Below are positions 1 through 10,247 of a stretch of DNA of 24,438 bases, in pieces (the first letter of the stretch is position 1; each line of letters starts with the position of its first letter). The stretch comes from Octopus sinensis. Taxonomy: Eukaryota. The position numbers and the translations under genes were made by a program. Under the pieces are notes generated by a model. It did not search any database and was not told where the DNA came from. It saw nothing but the letters and a program-made list of their open reading frames with translations. Location of the stretch: positions 1 to 24,438 of the forward strand of contig NW_021836321.1 of assembly GCF_006345805.1 (NCBI RefSeq), read 5' to 3'.

Positions 1-30
<30 letters not shown>
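1..30. repeat. (AG)n microsatellite
   Basis: Perfect AG run at the window start. Confidence 0.95.
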
Positions 31-35
<5 letters not shown>

Positions 36-520
36 TAAATCTACATTGACGTTATCATTTCTGAGAATAATATATCATTATACACACACATACATATCCA
101 CGCAGGTGTGGGTGTAGAAAGGTGAGAGCGAGAGAGATTAAATCGGTGGAAACTGTGAATTACAATATCTAACGCTAATTACTCTTATAGAAGTCAGATT
201 TTCTCGCATAATTAGAAAATTATTTTATTACCATTTATCATTTATTATTCACTATAGTTTATTGAAAGCCAACTGCAATGATCCCGTCTCTTTCTCGGAG
301 AGACGACCAGGTGAATATGGCGGAAAGCAAGAAGTTTAGGCGAGAGAGAGAGAGAGAGTTCAGGGTGGTGGGGAGAACGATGAGAGGAAGAGAGTACGAG
401 CGCAGAGGAGAGCAATATGACTACAAAAGAGCAGCCAAACACGTAAAATTAACATCCGTATGATTGTCAAACCAATTCGTCTCCATAGCTTTGTTAAAAC
501 TGAGAGATTCATTGTCCATA

Positions 521-559
521 TTCAATTTACATACATACATATATATATATATATATTAT

Positions 560-608
<49 letters not shown>

Positions 609-870
609 TGAATATGTATGTATGTGTGTATGTGTGTATTTTATATATATAAGAACGCTAATTGGGTTTAAAATTTATTACAGCTCTTTGGGGAGAATTG
701 TACTGCTGAAGTTATAGATTACATCACAGCATGAATCCACCATCTTCGGTTGATATATATGTGTGCATGTGTGCGTGTGTGTTGTGTGTGTGCGTGTGTG
801 TTTGCGTGTGTGTGTGTGTCTGTGTCTGTGTCTATGTGTGTGTTGTGTGTGTGTGTGTGTGTGTGTGCAC
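521..870. repeat. (TA)n and (TG)n microsatellite cluster
   Basis: TA run ~535-610, TG-rich run ~755-870; explains ORFs 460..717 and 678..893. Confidence 0.9.
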
Positions 871-1149
871 GTGACCATTTTTGAATGGTTCAAACCAAGG
901 TGAAAATCAGTTCAAAAGGACGAAAGACGTAAAGTTAGACGTGGACATGGAATCGGGGTGGGGGCGGGTTATGCTTTTTTTTCTGTGGGGGAGGGTATTT
1001 TGTTGTTGTTTTTTTTCTTTTTAGGCTAGTCAGAACTCAAATCCATTTTTCACTGCTGACTTTCTGATATATCAACAAATTATTTCTTTGCCGCTACATT
1101 TTGTTCAAGTCAAGTAAAAATAGAGAAGTTCAGAAACCATTTAACACAC

Positions 1150-1506
1150 AGACACAGACACAACCACACACATACATATTTACGCAATATATTTATACAA
1201 ATATACATATACATACATTTACATGTATACATATACGTGGCATATATACATAAATACATACATACATACACCCCCAAACACACACACACACATACATATA
1301 TATATATAGAGAGAGAGAAGGAGAGAGAAGAGAGATATCTATATTATATATGCATATTTTTATTCATTACATATAGTTATATATATATATATGCACACAC
1401 ATACTACATACATACATACATAACAACATACATACATATATGTGTATATATATATATATATATACACACATATATATATACATATATATACATATATATT
1501 TATATA

Positions 1507-1538
<32 letters not shown>

Positions 1539-1830
1539 CTAATATATATATATACTAACACGTACTAATACATACTAATACATACTAATACATACACCAA
1601 CCCTATACATACACACGTCCAGACCTCTTCATACGCACTTATACTCTCTCATACACACACACACTTATACATACTAATACGTACTAATACATACTAATAC
1701 ATACTAATACATACACCAACCCCATACATACACACACACACACACACACACACCCCTTATACAATACTATACATACTAATACATACACCAACCCTATACA
1801 TACACACGTCCACCACCTCTCCTACGCACT
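1150..1830. repeat. (TA)/(CA)/(TACA) microsatellites followed by a composite minisatellite
   Basis: Simple repeats to ~1555, then recurring CATACTAATA 10-mers and CATACACCAACCC(T/C)ATACATACAC blocks (~1590, ~1710, ~1780). Confidence 0.85.
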
Positions 1831-1861
1831 AATAGCTGGTCATTCAACCCTATTATCAACC

Positions 1862-2141
1862 CTATTATCTCCCCTTATTTCGCTCTCGCGTCTCATGTTT
1901 GATCTTTGACCTCTGGCCGAAATCAGATCGCCATGTTGATTCGTTAGTTACTGCACGCATTTTTTTTCTCTCTCTTCTTTCTGTGTTTTTTTTCTCTCTC
2001 TGTGTATCTTTCTGTTGAAAGCGTAGGCTCGAAACGTTAAAGACTTGTTTTATTTTTATTTCCTGAGCGCCATACTAATACAATTGTTCGTTTGTTTCCC
2101 ACCTGCCTTCGTCTTTTGTCTATTTTCATAAAGCTTCCCGT
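1862..2141 (+). mobile_element. Family H1 repeat, copy 1 (hammerhead-bearing, Penelope-pLTR/retrozyme-like)
   Basis: Near-identical to 2200-2481 and 11390-11602. Contains a YY1-like CGCCATGTT (1929-1937) and a hammerhead motif, and ends in AAGCTTCCCG followed by (TA)n. Confidence 0.8.
2007..2043 (+). ncRNA. Minimal type-I hammerhead motif (H1 copy 1; 1-nt deletion in stem II)
   Basis: TCTTT-CTGTTGA-A-AGC GTAG GCTC-GAAAC-GTT-AAAGA; stem I is TCTTT/AAAGA. Confidence 0.6.
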
Positions 2142-2172
<31 letters not shown>

Positions 2173-2199
2173 TAATATATATATATATATATCTATATC

Positions 2200-2481
2200 T
2201 ATTATCTCCCCTTATTTCGCTCTCGCGTCTCATGTTTGATCTTTGACCTCTGGCCGAATCAGATCGCCATGTTGATTCGTTAGTTACTACTGCACGCATT
2301 TTTTTTCTCTCCTTCTTTCTTCTGTGTTTTTTTTCTCTCTGTGTATCTTTCTGTTGAAGAGCGTAGGCTCGAAACGTTAAAGACTTGTTTTATTTATATT
2401 TCCTGAGCGCCATACTAATACAATTGTTTGTTTGTTTTCCACCTGCCTTCGTCTTTTGTCTATTTTCATAAAGCTTCCCGT
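2200..2481 (+). mobile_element. Family H1 repeat, copy 2 (tandem direct repeat of copy 1, period 340 nt)
   Basis: AAGCTTCCCG ends at 2140 and 2480; the copies are separated by a (TA)n spacer. Confidence 0.8.
2346..2383 (+). ncRNA. Minimal type-I hammerhead motif (H1 copy 2)
   Basis: TCTTT-CTGTTGA-A-GAGC GTAG GCTC-GAAAC-GTT-AAAGA: 5-bp stem I, 4-bp stem II, palindromic ACGT stem III; predicted cleavage after 2378. Confidence 0.7.
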
Positions 2482-2495
2482 TATATATAATATAT

Positions 2496-2556
<61 letters not shown>

Positions 2557-2837
2557 CACACAACATTTGTCGCGTCGGAGAAGGTTGGAGAAATACGATC
2601 GAAGAACATTAGATTGTCTCGCATCAATTAGGTCTCGGGATCGATTTCACAGCCCTACACGTTTGGATCAGTGTCCTTTTATACAACCGCGAGTCACCCC
2701 ATACATTGAGATTAACTGGGGAGTAAGAGCAGCCAAGTTGCTGAAGATAAAATGCTGGAAACCAAGTCTGTAGAAAGAACGGGAAAAGCCAGTCATTTGC
2801 GATAGATAACCCGAAAGCCTCATCAGAAGACAAACTG

Positions 2838-2966
2838 GCTTTCCGTTGGTTAGAACGACGAGGGTCCCAGTTGATCCGATCAATGGAACAGCCTGCTCGT
2901 GAAATCAATGGAACAGCCTGACCACTTCACAGACACACGTACACTTAACGTAGTTCTCAGGGAGAC
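2838..2966 (-). mobile_element. Degenerate 3' tail fragment of the family A / CORE SINE group
   Basis: Matches the GTTGATCCGATCAA..GGAACAGCCTGCTCGTGAAAT..CTTAACGTAGTTCTC tail of 16744-17131. Confidence 0.75.
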
Positions 2967-2967
2967 T

Positions 2968-3137
2968 CTTCTTTCAAAATGATCTAAGGTAAAACTTTTA
3001 AGCAAAAGTCAGTATTAATTTTTGTTCCAGAAAGCAGATTATTATGACAAACTTATTTTACTAAGTTCTTTGTTTTCCCAAATTAATTGATAAAACGGCA
3101 GAAGATTTCAACAGAAATATGGTAACAAAAGGGTTAA
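2968..3137 (-). mobile_element. piggyBac-type MITE terminus fragment
   Basis: Minus strand starts TTAA-CCCTTTTG (TTAA at 3134-3137) and abuts the RT remnant; the partner TIR is not seen. Confidence 0.4.
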
Positions 3138-3139
3138 AA

Positions 3140-3575
3140 CTCTTCTTCATTCCTTTGTTTGTAACATTCTGTTCTAGTTCATTGATTCGTAAGTATTTCT
3201 AAGTCTGTTTTCTCCGCTTTGTTTCTTTATCTGACATAATACCAGTGGCTTTTATTGGTTTTCTCTCCCTTCACTGTGACCTCGGTGCATTCTTCTAAAC
3301 ATAATTTTATACCAATTCCGTTTCAGAATCAGTTCATTATAACAAAATATCGAGTTTTCCGTCATTTGCTGCAAACAGTCTGACGTCATCCATATAAAAC
3401 AGATAGCTCATTTATTGTTCCTCCATAGCAATTTGAAAATATGTCCAATCTAGTTTAGAATATCGACATCGGTACAAAAAGAAGAAAGGAAAAGTATGCG
3501 GAATATTCCTCCGTGAAATATTCCTTCTTTAACAGAGATTGTTTCTGGTTTTATAATTGTACAATTCCTTATTTT
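3140..3575 (-). pseudogene. Degenerate non-LTR reverse transcriptase fragment, R4/Dong-like
   Basis: Minus-strand translation with frameshifts: ETISVKEGIFHG (GIFHG 3524-3510; cf. GIFQGD), SYLFYMDDVRLFAAND (YMDD 3396-3385), GIKLCLEECTEVTVKG (cf. GxxFGLDKC). Confidence 0.7.
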
Positions 3576-3596
3576 TCTTCGATATTTACGACCATT

Positions 3597-4697
3597 TTAC
3601 TCCCCATATTGTAAGGCAAAGATGGTGGCCAAAATGTTCTCGTTTGTCGTCGTTACGGTCATCGAGATGTGCAGACTTGTGTAATCCCTGCTAGATTTAT
3701 CCACATCAATCTCCAGCCCATGCGATGTTAAAGAGTCTAGGAATAGATTTGGTTTGGGTGTGGGAATCGGATCAGTTGTAGTCAGAACATCCGGTTTCGA
3801 TCTCGCCTTAAAAGGTCTGATCACTGCAACGTACTGGGATAGCTGTTCGCTAATAAAATCAAACGGCCACATCTCGGAATGAATCATTTTATTCTGCACA
3901 CTCGACCCGTAAGTTTGGTCCTGTACGTTTTAGGATGGCATCGCACACGAATCACCTGAACAAGTACCAAGAAGTGTAGCGACGTCATTCATGGACGACG
4001 TCGCCGTTATGGTGTTGGACAGTTGAGAATTGATGCGGCCGTAACAAGAGAACATCTTTTAGTTACTGGACTACACACTAGGCGGCACGAGTCGATGGGC
4101 TTTCAACTCGGTACCTAAACACCGGTCAGCGTTAGCTTTTCTCATTGGACTTGAAGGCCAGATTAAAGTGCTCGGTGTCTAGCTTGGACTGGACCGCCAA
4201 GTAAAGAAAAAAATTAGAAATGGTTCCCAGCAGAGTGGTCATTTATCACTCAGAAATGCACTGGGACGAAGCTGTCCTTAAAAGGTCGGTGAAAAGCACC
4301 TAACACCTACATTGCCCCGGTGATTTACTACTCTGTAACTGATGTGCCTTCTCTAGACCAGACTAGAATACACCCTTTCCCTTCTTATCCAAGGTTTTGT
4401 TTGTCACAAGATCCGTCGTCTTCAAACATCCTCCACTCTGCCGAGGTCTCTGGATACCGATGCTAATCGTCTTCCCACAGACCTCGGATCTTTTCATTTT
4501 GAAGGCCAGATTTTCCTAGTTAACTAAACAATTTGAAACTTCGTATACTGGTAGAATGTGTCAAAAGAAAACATTATTGTAAACAAAATTGAAACCAAAA
4601 TTGTAATTCGTAACTTAAACGTAGTTTAATTTTAAGAATTTTAACCAATGAAATCCCAACATCTTCGAATTTGCTTGTGCAAATGTATATGCATGTG

Positions 4698-4773
<76 letters not shown>

Positions 4774-5361
4774 GTGCGTCTGTTATATTTCTTTATCAAT
4801 ATCGATAACGCAGCAATGCTGGGATTTCATTGGTTAAAATTCGAAGATGTTGGGATTTCATTGGTTAAAATTCTTAAAATTAAACTACGTTCAAGTTACG
4901 AATTACAATTTTGTTTTCAATTTTTTTAACAATAATGTTTTCTTTTGACACATTCTACCAGTATACGAAGTTTCAAATTGTTTAGTTAACTAGGAAAATC
5001 TGGCCTTCAAAATGAAAAGATCCCAGCCCTCGACCAGACACCCAACACAGTCGATGGAGCTTTCGCTTTAGTATTCTATACATGGTTGGTGATGGAGAAG
5101 AGGATGAGGTTCAGCGGAAAACTCTGCGCGTCGAGTCTTAACTGACTTCAGATGATTTCTAGAAATCCCTGGCTTGGCACTACCACCGGGAAAGAATTGG
5201 TCAGTATTGGTTCGAGAAATGTCTACAAGGACGATGATGCCACCAGTTGGAACTGTCTGAAATCTTCGCAGAGTAGTGAAACCGTTCTGATTGCACTTGT
5301 TCAATATCCAAGCATCGCTGATTTGTGAAAGAAATTGGAATACGATGATTACTAAATGCAT
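3597..5361 (-). pseudogene. Decayed coding region: putative signal peptide, vWA-like domain and possible FN3-like segments, interrupted by a MITE
   Basis: MHLVIIVFQFLSQISDA (ATG 5361); IIVLVDIS (5238-5215); frame preserved after removing 4486-5023 plus one TSD; SGLEKAHQL..VLFTD (VLFTD 4299-4285); FLYLAV; then after a frameshift the frame of ORF 3597..3899 (QYVAVIRP..LTTTDPIPTPKPNLFLDSLTS). Several stops. Confidence 0.35.
4486..5023. mobile_element. Merlin-like foldback MITE with ~187-bp TIRs
   Basis: Arms 4486-4672 and 4837-5023 are inverted repeats with GGATCTTTTC termini. 8-bp TSD CAGACCTC (4478-4485) / CAGCCCTC (5024-5031). GG termini with an 8-bp TSD fit Merlin/IS1016. Confidence 0.75.
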
Positions 5362-5554
5362 TTTATACACTTTATATATTTTATGCACAATTTTATAGAC
5401 TTAATACACAGCAATCATAAAATAAATATTCACTCTTATTTTATCATTTTTCCCATAAGCCAAAAAAATATCCTATACATATGATACAACCTTTAGTTAA
5501 ATTGCATATATTTGCCTCGTAAATAAGCGTGAATATTTCTCGGAATTGCACTTA

Positions 5555-5564
5555 TGCGCATGCG
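5555..5564. promoter_or_regulatory. NRF1/erect-wing-like motif TGCGCATGCG
   Basis: Consensus match ~190 bp upstream of the minus-strand ATG at 5361; function unverified. Confidence 0.2.
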
Positions 5565-5848
5565 TTAAGAAATAGGTGATATATAAAAAAAAACTTAGTT
5601 CAATTATAAGAAAAATACACTTTTCCCTATCCATTCACCACCGTCACCTCCATCACCACTACCTCCGCCATCATCACCTCTCTCCCCTCTTCACTCCCTC
5701 CTTCCTTCTTTCTCCCTTTTTCTGTCTCTTTGCTTTATCCTCTTTTTCTCCCTTTTCCTTCTCTCTTTGCCTTCACCTAATCACGTGAAAGCGTTACCGA
5801 CTGGCTAAGTAGCGCAATGACAAGCAGAATTATTACAAGATTATCTGC

Positions 5849-5932
5849 AGTAGTAGTAGTAGAAGTAGTAGTGGTGGTGGTGGTGGTGGTGGTGGTGGTG
5901 GTGGTGGTGGTGGTGGTAGTAGTAGTGGTGAT

Positions 5933-5982
<50 letters not shown>

Positions 5983-5995
5983 TGTTGTTGTTGTC
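5849..5995. repeat. (GTA)n/(GTG)n/(GTT)n trinucleotide array
   Basis: Direct reading; explains poly-V ORF 5933..6295. Confidence 0.95.
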
Positions 5996-6678
5996 ATCGT
6001 CGTTGTTTTAATGACGCAACCAATTGACGAACCGAAATGTCGACAACGTCATTTCAGTTTTCAATTGTGCTCGGCAGAATTACGTATCGCATTTCTCCTC
6101 CACTGCTTCCATCCTATTTCCTACATATTTATATTCCCCCAACCACCAGCCTCACCCACCACCTTCTTTGACAACTATCCTCCCCCACCCCACCTCCCTG
6201 CCTTCCCAAACATTTCCTACTATCATCATTATCTGCGTCCCCCCCCCATCTCTTCCGTCGAAATTATCATTGCTGATATCATTGTGTTGTTCTAGCCAGG
6301 CGCGTTACCCAAGCTAAGAATGGCGATAACTTATTCCTTTGTCTCATTCAGCATTGAAAATTTTCATTTTTGGACACCATGTTGATAAATTTCAATAGCA
6401 AACAAAACAGACAATGGTTTCTGATGCCTCACATATCAAATTTATGTGTCAACAAACGTATAAATACATTTTTAAAATCACGAACATAATTCTAAACTAT
6501 TTATTTGTCTGTTACAAAGAATCGAAAAATAGAATGACACCCTTTCTTTTTAGGAATGACAACGATGTTAACCAGTTTTCTGCACTGTTCAAGAATGAAT
6601 TCAATCTCTTTGATATTTGTCCTCTTTGAAATTAGCTGCATTTTGCTCGCTTTATATAAAAAAAAAATTACTAACATA

Positions 6679-7080
6679 GGCGCAGGAGTGGCTGTGTGGT
6701 AAGTAGCTTGCTAACCAACCAAATGGTTCCGGGTTCAGTCCCACTGCGTGGCACCTTGGGCAAGTGTCTTCTGCTATAGCCCCGGGCGGACCAATGCCTT
6801 GTGAGTGGATTTGGTAGACGGAAACTGAAAGAAGCCTGTCGTATATATGTATATATATATGTGTGTGTGTTTGTGTGTCTGTGTTTGTCCCCCTAGCATT
6901 GCTTGACAACCGATGCTGGTGTGTTTACGTCCCCGTCACCTAGCGGTTCGGCAAAAAGAGACCTATAGAATAAGTACTGGGCTTACAAAGAATAAGTCCC
7001 GGGGTCGATTTGCTCGACTAAAGGCGGTGCTCCAGCATGGCCGCAGTCAAATGACTGAAACAAGTAAGAGAGAAAGAGAG
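6679..7080 (+). mobile_element. Family B tRNA-derived CORE-type SINE, full length
   Basis: A/B-box-like head (TGGCTGTGTGG; GGTTCAGTCCC), CORE-like CACCTTGGGCAAGTGTCTT, internal (TA)(TG) tract, tail TGACTGAAACAAGTAAGAG; matches 15008-15413. Confidence 0.85.
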
Positions 7081-7132
7081 AGAACAAATGATTAAAAAAA
7101 ACAAAGCTTCTGGGATTTATGGTATTAGAATG

Positions 7133-7757
7133 AAAGGCGCGTGGCTGAGCATTTTGGGTAAAATGGCGCACGATCGTCAAGTCGTGAGTACGTGCGCAAT
7201 GGCCCAGTGGTTAGGGCAGCGGACTCGCGGTCGTAGGATCGCGGTTTCGATTCCCAGACCGGGCGTTGTGAGTGTTTATTGAGCGAAAACACCTAAAAGC
7301 TCCACGAGGCTCCGGCAGGGGATGGTGGTGATCCCTGCTGTACTCTTTCACCACAACTTTCTCTCACTCTTACTTCCTGTTTCTGTTGTACCTGTATTTC
7401 AAAGGGGCCGGCCTTGTCACTCTCTGTGTCACGCTGAATATCCCCGAGTACTACGTTAAGGGTACACGTGTCTGTGGAATGCTCAGCCACTTACACGTTA
7501 ATTTCACGAGCAGGCTGTTCCGTTGATCGGATCAACCGGAACCCTCGTCGTCGTAACCGACGGAGTGCTTCCATATCCACTCCGCAGTACATTGTGTCCT
7601 TGAGCAAGACACTTTATTTCTCGTTGTTCTACTCAACTCAATTGGCAAAAATATGTAGTGCCTATATTTCAAAAGGGGCCAGTTTTGTTATACTCTGTGT
7701 CATGCTGAATCTCCCTGAGATTTACGTTAAGGGGACACGTGTCTGTGGTGTGCTGGA
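7133..7757 (+). mobile_element. Older CORE SINE sharing the family A tail, split by a family A insertion
   Basis: Degenerate tRNA head 7133-7186; CORE GTGTCCTTGAGCAAGACACTTTATTTC from ~7593; then the shared tail TATTTCAAAAGGGGCC..GTGTCTGTGG. Confidence 0.7.
7190..7578 (+). mobile_element. Family A tRNA-derived SINE
   Basis: GCGCAATGGCCCAGTGG (A box), GTTTCGATTCC (B box), central and tail modules ending GACGGAGTGCTTCCA; near-identical to four other copies. Confidence 0.9.
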
Positions 7758-8070
7758 CAATGTTTTGGGGGGGGGGGTTGTAAGAAAGGAAATAGACCCG
7801 GACAAGAAAAAAGAACTGGAAAAACAGTACGGGGTGAAAATAAGGGACTAAGTATTTTTCGAAAGGCTATAAGGAGAGGACATAGGGAAAGGGGACAGGT
7901 ATGTGATGTTATCCGATGGGGCGGGTAACATCACTTTCATCTTTCATCTTCACCCTCTCATTTTTATCATACTTTTTTTTTGTTTTGTTGTTTTTTTTGC
8001 GAGGTGGGGGCGTTTTATGTCCCCAATGTGTTGTTTGTTTCTTATCTTTGTCAGCCCTTTATGGGTAATA

Positions 8071-8632
8071 AAAAAAATTGCGTGTCTGTGGTGTACTCAG
8101 CTACTTGACTTGCACACTAATTTCATGAGCAAACTGGGATCTTTTCGGTTTGAACGGCAGTTTTTCTAGTGGTGTCATATGAAATTGTCACCCATAATTA
8201 TGACCCTAGTATCGATCTATTGCATTTCAATCTGTTTTAGGGTTAGGGTTAGAGTTAGGGTTAGCTAGGGTTAGGGGTGGGGGAAGGGTATCTTTTTTTC
8301 TTCAGAAATGTAAATAAACCCAATCTGTTTCTTAAACGAGGGACATATTCATACGGCAGAGAATATTTTCACCTCAACAGACGTCATTGATTGGTAGAAA
8401 TTGCAGAAATTGAAGAAAAAAAAAACAAATATCTTACAAACTATAGAATTTTCTCAATAAAGCCAAGAAAAAAAGATGTTTTATAAATACATTCTACCAG
8501 TATACAAAGTTTAAAAGTGTTTAGTTACGTGGAAATTATTTTTTAAAAACTGCCGGTCAAACCGAAAAGATCCGCAAGCTGTTCCGTAGATCAAATCGAC
8601 TGGAATACTCGTCGTCGTAACCGACGGAGTGC
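8071..8632 (+). mobile_element. Degenerate SINE tail interrupted by a Merlin-like MITE
   Basis: GTGTCTGTGG..TTCATGAGC on the left and GCTGTTCCG..GTAACCGACGGAGTGC on the right rejoin to the consensus tail. Confidence 0.7.
8137..8573. mobile_element. Merlin-like MITE (437 bp) with an internal telomere-like tract
   Basis: TIR GGATCTTTTCGGTTTGA(A/C)CGGCAGTTTTT; 8-bp TSD GCAAACTG (8129-8136) / GCAAGCTG (8574-8581); degenerate (TTAGGG)n at 8237-8277; right subterminus similar to 4486-5023. Confidence 0.8.
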
Positions 8633-8879
8633 CAGTCGTCGTAGCAGTAGAACAACAACAGGCCAAAGAAGATGAGGAATACTACTCAAAGTTATTCTTT
8701 CCGGTCTTCATATTATAGCTGTGAGCGCTCCCCTCTGATTTCAAAGATATTATTTTCAGTAAATTTAGTTTTAGAAAAATCAATGAGGCCTCTTGTTTGC
8801 GCGATAAGAATTTAGAAACTGCAAGAGATATGAAATATTTCGTTTTTAACGGTGCAACTCAAAGTAGGTAACGCTTTAG

Positions 8880-9040
8880 ATATTAGTTTCAAATTTTGAC
8901 ACAAAGCCGGCAATTTCGAAGAAGAGAGTAGGGCGATTACATCGACCCCTATTCAACTGGTACATATTTTATTGACCCCCGAAACATAACGTCGGCCTTT
9001 GTAGAATTTGAACTCATAACGTAAAGGCGGACGAAATACC
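8880..9040 (-). mobile_element. Family C SINE, degenerate and truncated
   Basis: Similar to 9041-9269 and 18552-18750 (GATTACATCGACCC..GAATTTGAACTCA..GACGAAATACC). Confidence 0.6.
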
Positions 9041-9269
9041 TATTTCTTTATTACCCACAAGGGGCTAAACACAGAGGGGACAAACAAGGACAGACATAGG
9101 TATTAAGTCGATTACATCGACCCCAGTGCGTAACTGGCACTTAATTTATCGACCTCGAAAGGATGAAAGGCAAAGTCGACCTCGGCGGAATTTGAACTCA
9201 GAACGTAATGCAGACGAAATACGCTGAGCATTTTGCCCAGCGTGCTAACGATTCTGCCAGTTCACCGCC
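9041..9269 (-). mobile_element. Family C tRNA-derived SINE (GGTCGACTTTGCCTTTCATCCTTTCG central domain, Meta-like)
   Basis: Reverse complement matches 22349-22567 end to end; the domain name is from memory and unverified. Confidence 0.85.
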
Positions 9270-10247
9270 CATAAATCTTCAAATATTAGTTTGGAGAATA
9301 TCAGGTTCAAAATTACCCTTGGGTGGAAAAAGTCAAAAGCTGCTTGGACGATTCGAGAACACACCTTCTGTGAAAATGAAAGACATTCAACCATTATACC
9401 AAAGCAGCCCATCGAATCTTCCCCATCCGTTTTAAAAGCTTTGTTCTTATTAGGAAGAATTGCATGTTGTTGACATCGTTAGAATTTAAGAACTCGAAGT
9501 AGATAAAGCTATAAATGTATATGTAGCAGGTACGCATACGAATACCCGGCTTGTATAAGTAAAATGTCCAAACTGCCTTAGTAGAATTACCAAAACGCTT
9601 CAGTGCTATTCCTTAGAACTACAACACCTTACAAGAGAAATAATAACGGTTGTGATTTAATGCCTGTTATATTTCAGTCGATCAGCGGTAAGAATGATTT
9701 TCATTATACACCAACTGCATTAGTAATGCAATATGCACTGAAAACATCCTTCGATCTCTACATAATTACATGCTGTTTGAAAACGCCAAGCAGGAGAGAT
9801 TTGCATTTCATTGGAAGGCAATATGCACTAGTGCATGAGACAATCAAAATGAATGCATCAATAGCCACACTAAGATTTATATCAACCGTGTTTCAACTTA
9901 TTTCGGTTTGGAACTGAATCGTAGACTGCATAGAAAAGCAAGAACATCTGGCATAATATTTGGCTTCACAAAGAGAAAAAAAAGTACGTACACACACATA
10001 CTCACACACACCACGCATTCCACGTATGCAAACCATCAAATTAACAGACTTCGCCGTTACGTATAAGTTACTACTTGTCATAAAAGGTTAGCAGAAGATA
10101 TATGACTATATTTGCAAAAATAAAAGAATATTTTACAGCGAGTAACGCTTGTACGAGAAACACGCGTGAATCTCGTTCAAAAATCTTTCTGCAATAATAA
10201 GAGACTTGAGATTTCTAGAGGTTAGCAATCGGGAATAATCGACAAAA

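Noticed and set aside
316-340. AATATGGCGG YY1-like motif / possible start MAESKKFR
   Set aside because: No convincing splice donor or continuing frame; motif alone is insufficient.
460-1561. ORFs rich in YI/HT/CV repeats (also 11202-12156, 13697-14254, 20146-20866, 23191-23406)
   Set aside because: Translations of microsatellites.
7293-7851. Recurring ORFs such as MAEHSTDTC.., MFIERKHLK.., MSVECSATY..
   Set aside because: They recur only because they lie in family A SINE copies; no sign of a real protein.
9291-10000. Unique sequence with 60-104 aa ORFs
   Set aside because: No recognisable motifs or splice structure.
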